From Centroscyllium fabricii (Eukaryota), in the NCBI GenBank assembly GCA_051313645.2, contig JBNRSN020000028.1, positions 15,004,001 to 15,068,000 on the forward strand: a DNA stretch of 64,000 nucleotides, written 5' to 3'. The stretch's first letter is position 1; each line of letters begins with the position of its first letter. Below, one piece after another: positions 62,588-64,000 of the stretch. The notes under the pieces are model-generated. The model searched no databases, was not told where the DNA came from, and was given only the letters and a program-made list of their open reading frames with translations. The position numbers and the translations under genes are program-made.

Positions 62588-64000
62588 GGAGTCCGTGGTG
62601 AGATGGGGATTGAGTGTGTTGTCACTGTGACTTGTATTAGCAGGAGTCCGTGTTGAGGAGGGGATTGAGTGTGTTGCCAGTGGGTCTTGTATTAGCATGG
62701 ACCGTGGTGAGGCGGGGATTGAGTGTGTTGTCAGTGTGTCTTGTATCAGCAGGTGTCCGTGGTGAGGAAGGGATTGAGTGTGTTGTCAGTGTGTCTTGTA
62801 GTAGCAGGAGTCCGTGTTGAGGAGGGGATTGAGCGCGTTGTCAGTGTGTCTTGTATTAGCAGGAGTCCGTGTTGAGGAGGTGATTGAGTGTGTTGCCAGT
62901 GTGTCTTTTATCAGCAGGAGTCCGTGGTGAGGTGGGGATTGAGTGTGTTGTCAGTGTGTCTTGAATTAGCAGGAGTCCGTGGTGAGATTGAGATTGAGTG
63001 TGTTGCCAATGGGTCTTGTATTAGCAGGAGTCCGTGTTGAGGAGGGGATTCAGTGTGTTGCCAGTGGGTCTTGTATTAGCAGGGTCCGTGGTGAGGAGGG
63101 GATTCAGTGTGTTGTCAGTGTGTCTTGTATCAGCAGGAGTCCGTGGTGAGGAGGGGATTGAGCGTGTTGTCAGTGTGTCTTGTATTAGCAGGAGTCCGTG
63201 GTGAGGAGGGGATTGAGTGTGTTGTCAGTGTGTCTTGTATTAGCAGGAGTCCGTGGTAAGGAGGGGATTGAGTGTGCTGTCAGTGTGTCTTGTATTAGCA
63301 GGGGTCCGTGGTGAGGAGGGGATTGAGGGTGTTGTCAGTGTGTCTTGTATTAGCAGGAGTCCGTGGTGAGATGGGGATTGAGTGTTTTGTCAGTGTGTCT
63401 TGTATTAGCAGGGTCCGTGTTGAGGAGGGGATTGAGTGTGTTGTCAGTGTGTCTTGTATTAGCAGGAGTCCGTGTGGAGTAGGGGATTGTGGGTGTTGTC
63501 AGTGTGTTTTGTATAGCAGGGGTCCCTGGTGAGGAGGGGATTGAGTGTGTTGTCAGTGTGTCTTGTATTAGCAGGGTCCGTGTTGAGGAGGGGATTGAGT
63601 GTGTTGTCAGTGTGTCTTGTATTAGCAGGGGTCCGTGGTGAGGAGGAGATTCAGTGTGTTGTCAGTGTGTCTTGAATTAGCGGGGTCCATGGTGAGGAGC
63701 GGATTGAGTGTGTTGTCAGTGTGTCATGTATTTGCAGGGTCCGTGGTGAGGAGGGGATTGAGTGTGTTGTCAGTGTGTCTTTTACTAGGAGGGTCCGTGG
63801 TGAGGATGGGATTGAGTGTGTTGTCAGTGTGTCTTGAATTAGCAGGAGTCCGTGGTGAGGAGGGGATTGAGTGTGTTGTCAGTGTGTCTTGTATTAGCAG
63901 GAGTCCCTGGTGAGGAGGGGATTGAATGTGTTGTCAGTGTGTCTTGTATTAGCAGGAGTCCGTGGTGAGGAGGGGATTGAGTGTGTTGTCAGTGTGTCTT
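62588..64000 (+). repeat. 54/55-bp satellite array, segment 5 (more diverged; open at window end)
   Basis: Same monomer with a visibly higher density of substitutions and small indels. Confidence 0.97.

Noticed and set aside
1-64000. Many short ORFs such as MVRRGLSVLSVCLVLAGVRGEEGIECVVSVSCISRSPW (signal-peptide- or Cys-rich-looking)
   Set aside because: They are translations of the 54/55-bp monomer with mostly GTG/TTG starts. Length is set by how 54- and 55-bp units shift the frame, and there is no coding signature.
1-64000. CRISPR array or diversity-generating cassette array
   Set aside because: Monomers are contiguous with no unique spacers, there are no cas or other prokaryotic genes, and the embedded elements are eukaryotic retrotransposons.

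Overview
Eukaryotic (vertebrate, probably fish; inferred from the retroelement families) heterochromatin-type window. About 52 kb is a head-to-tail 54/55-bp satellite (consensus GGAGTCCGTGGTGAGGAGGGGATTGAGTGTGTTGTCAGTGTGTCTTGTATTAGCA), organised into multi-kb higher-order blocks and recent tandem duplications (5146, 4412 and 2521 bp; an older ~9.2-kb unit). Four non-satellite islands interrupt it. (1) A complete, apparently intact Ty3/Gypsy chromovirus of the Tf1/sushi group (23444-29073) with 553-bp LTRs identical by eye, a 5-bp TSD, a tRNA-independent self-priming signature, a -1 frameshift pseudoknot and a chromodomain. (2, 3) Two identical copies of a 5'-truncated LINE 3' end (39716-40730, 44128-45142), copied by array duplication. 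(4) A minus-strand composite (58618-62587) of a decayed, 3'-truncated Tx1-clade LINE joined to a partial LTR of a second sushi-like family. No host gene, RNA gene or CRISPR array is supported. Nearly all short ORFs in the track are satellite translation artefacts.
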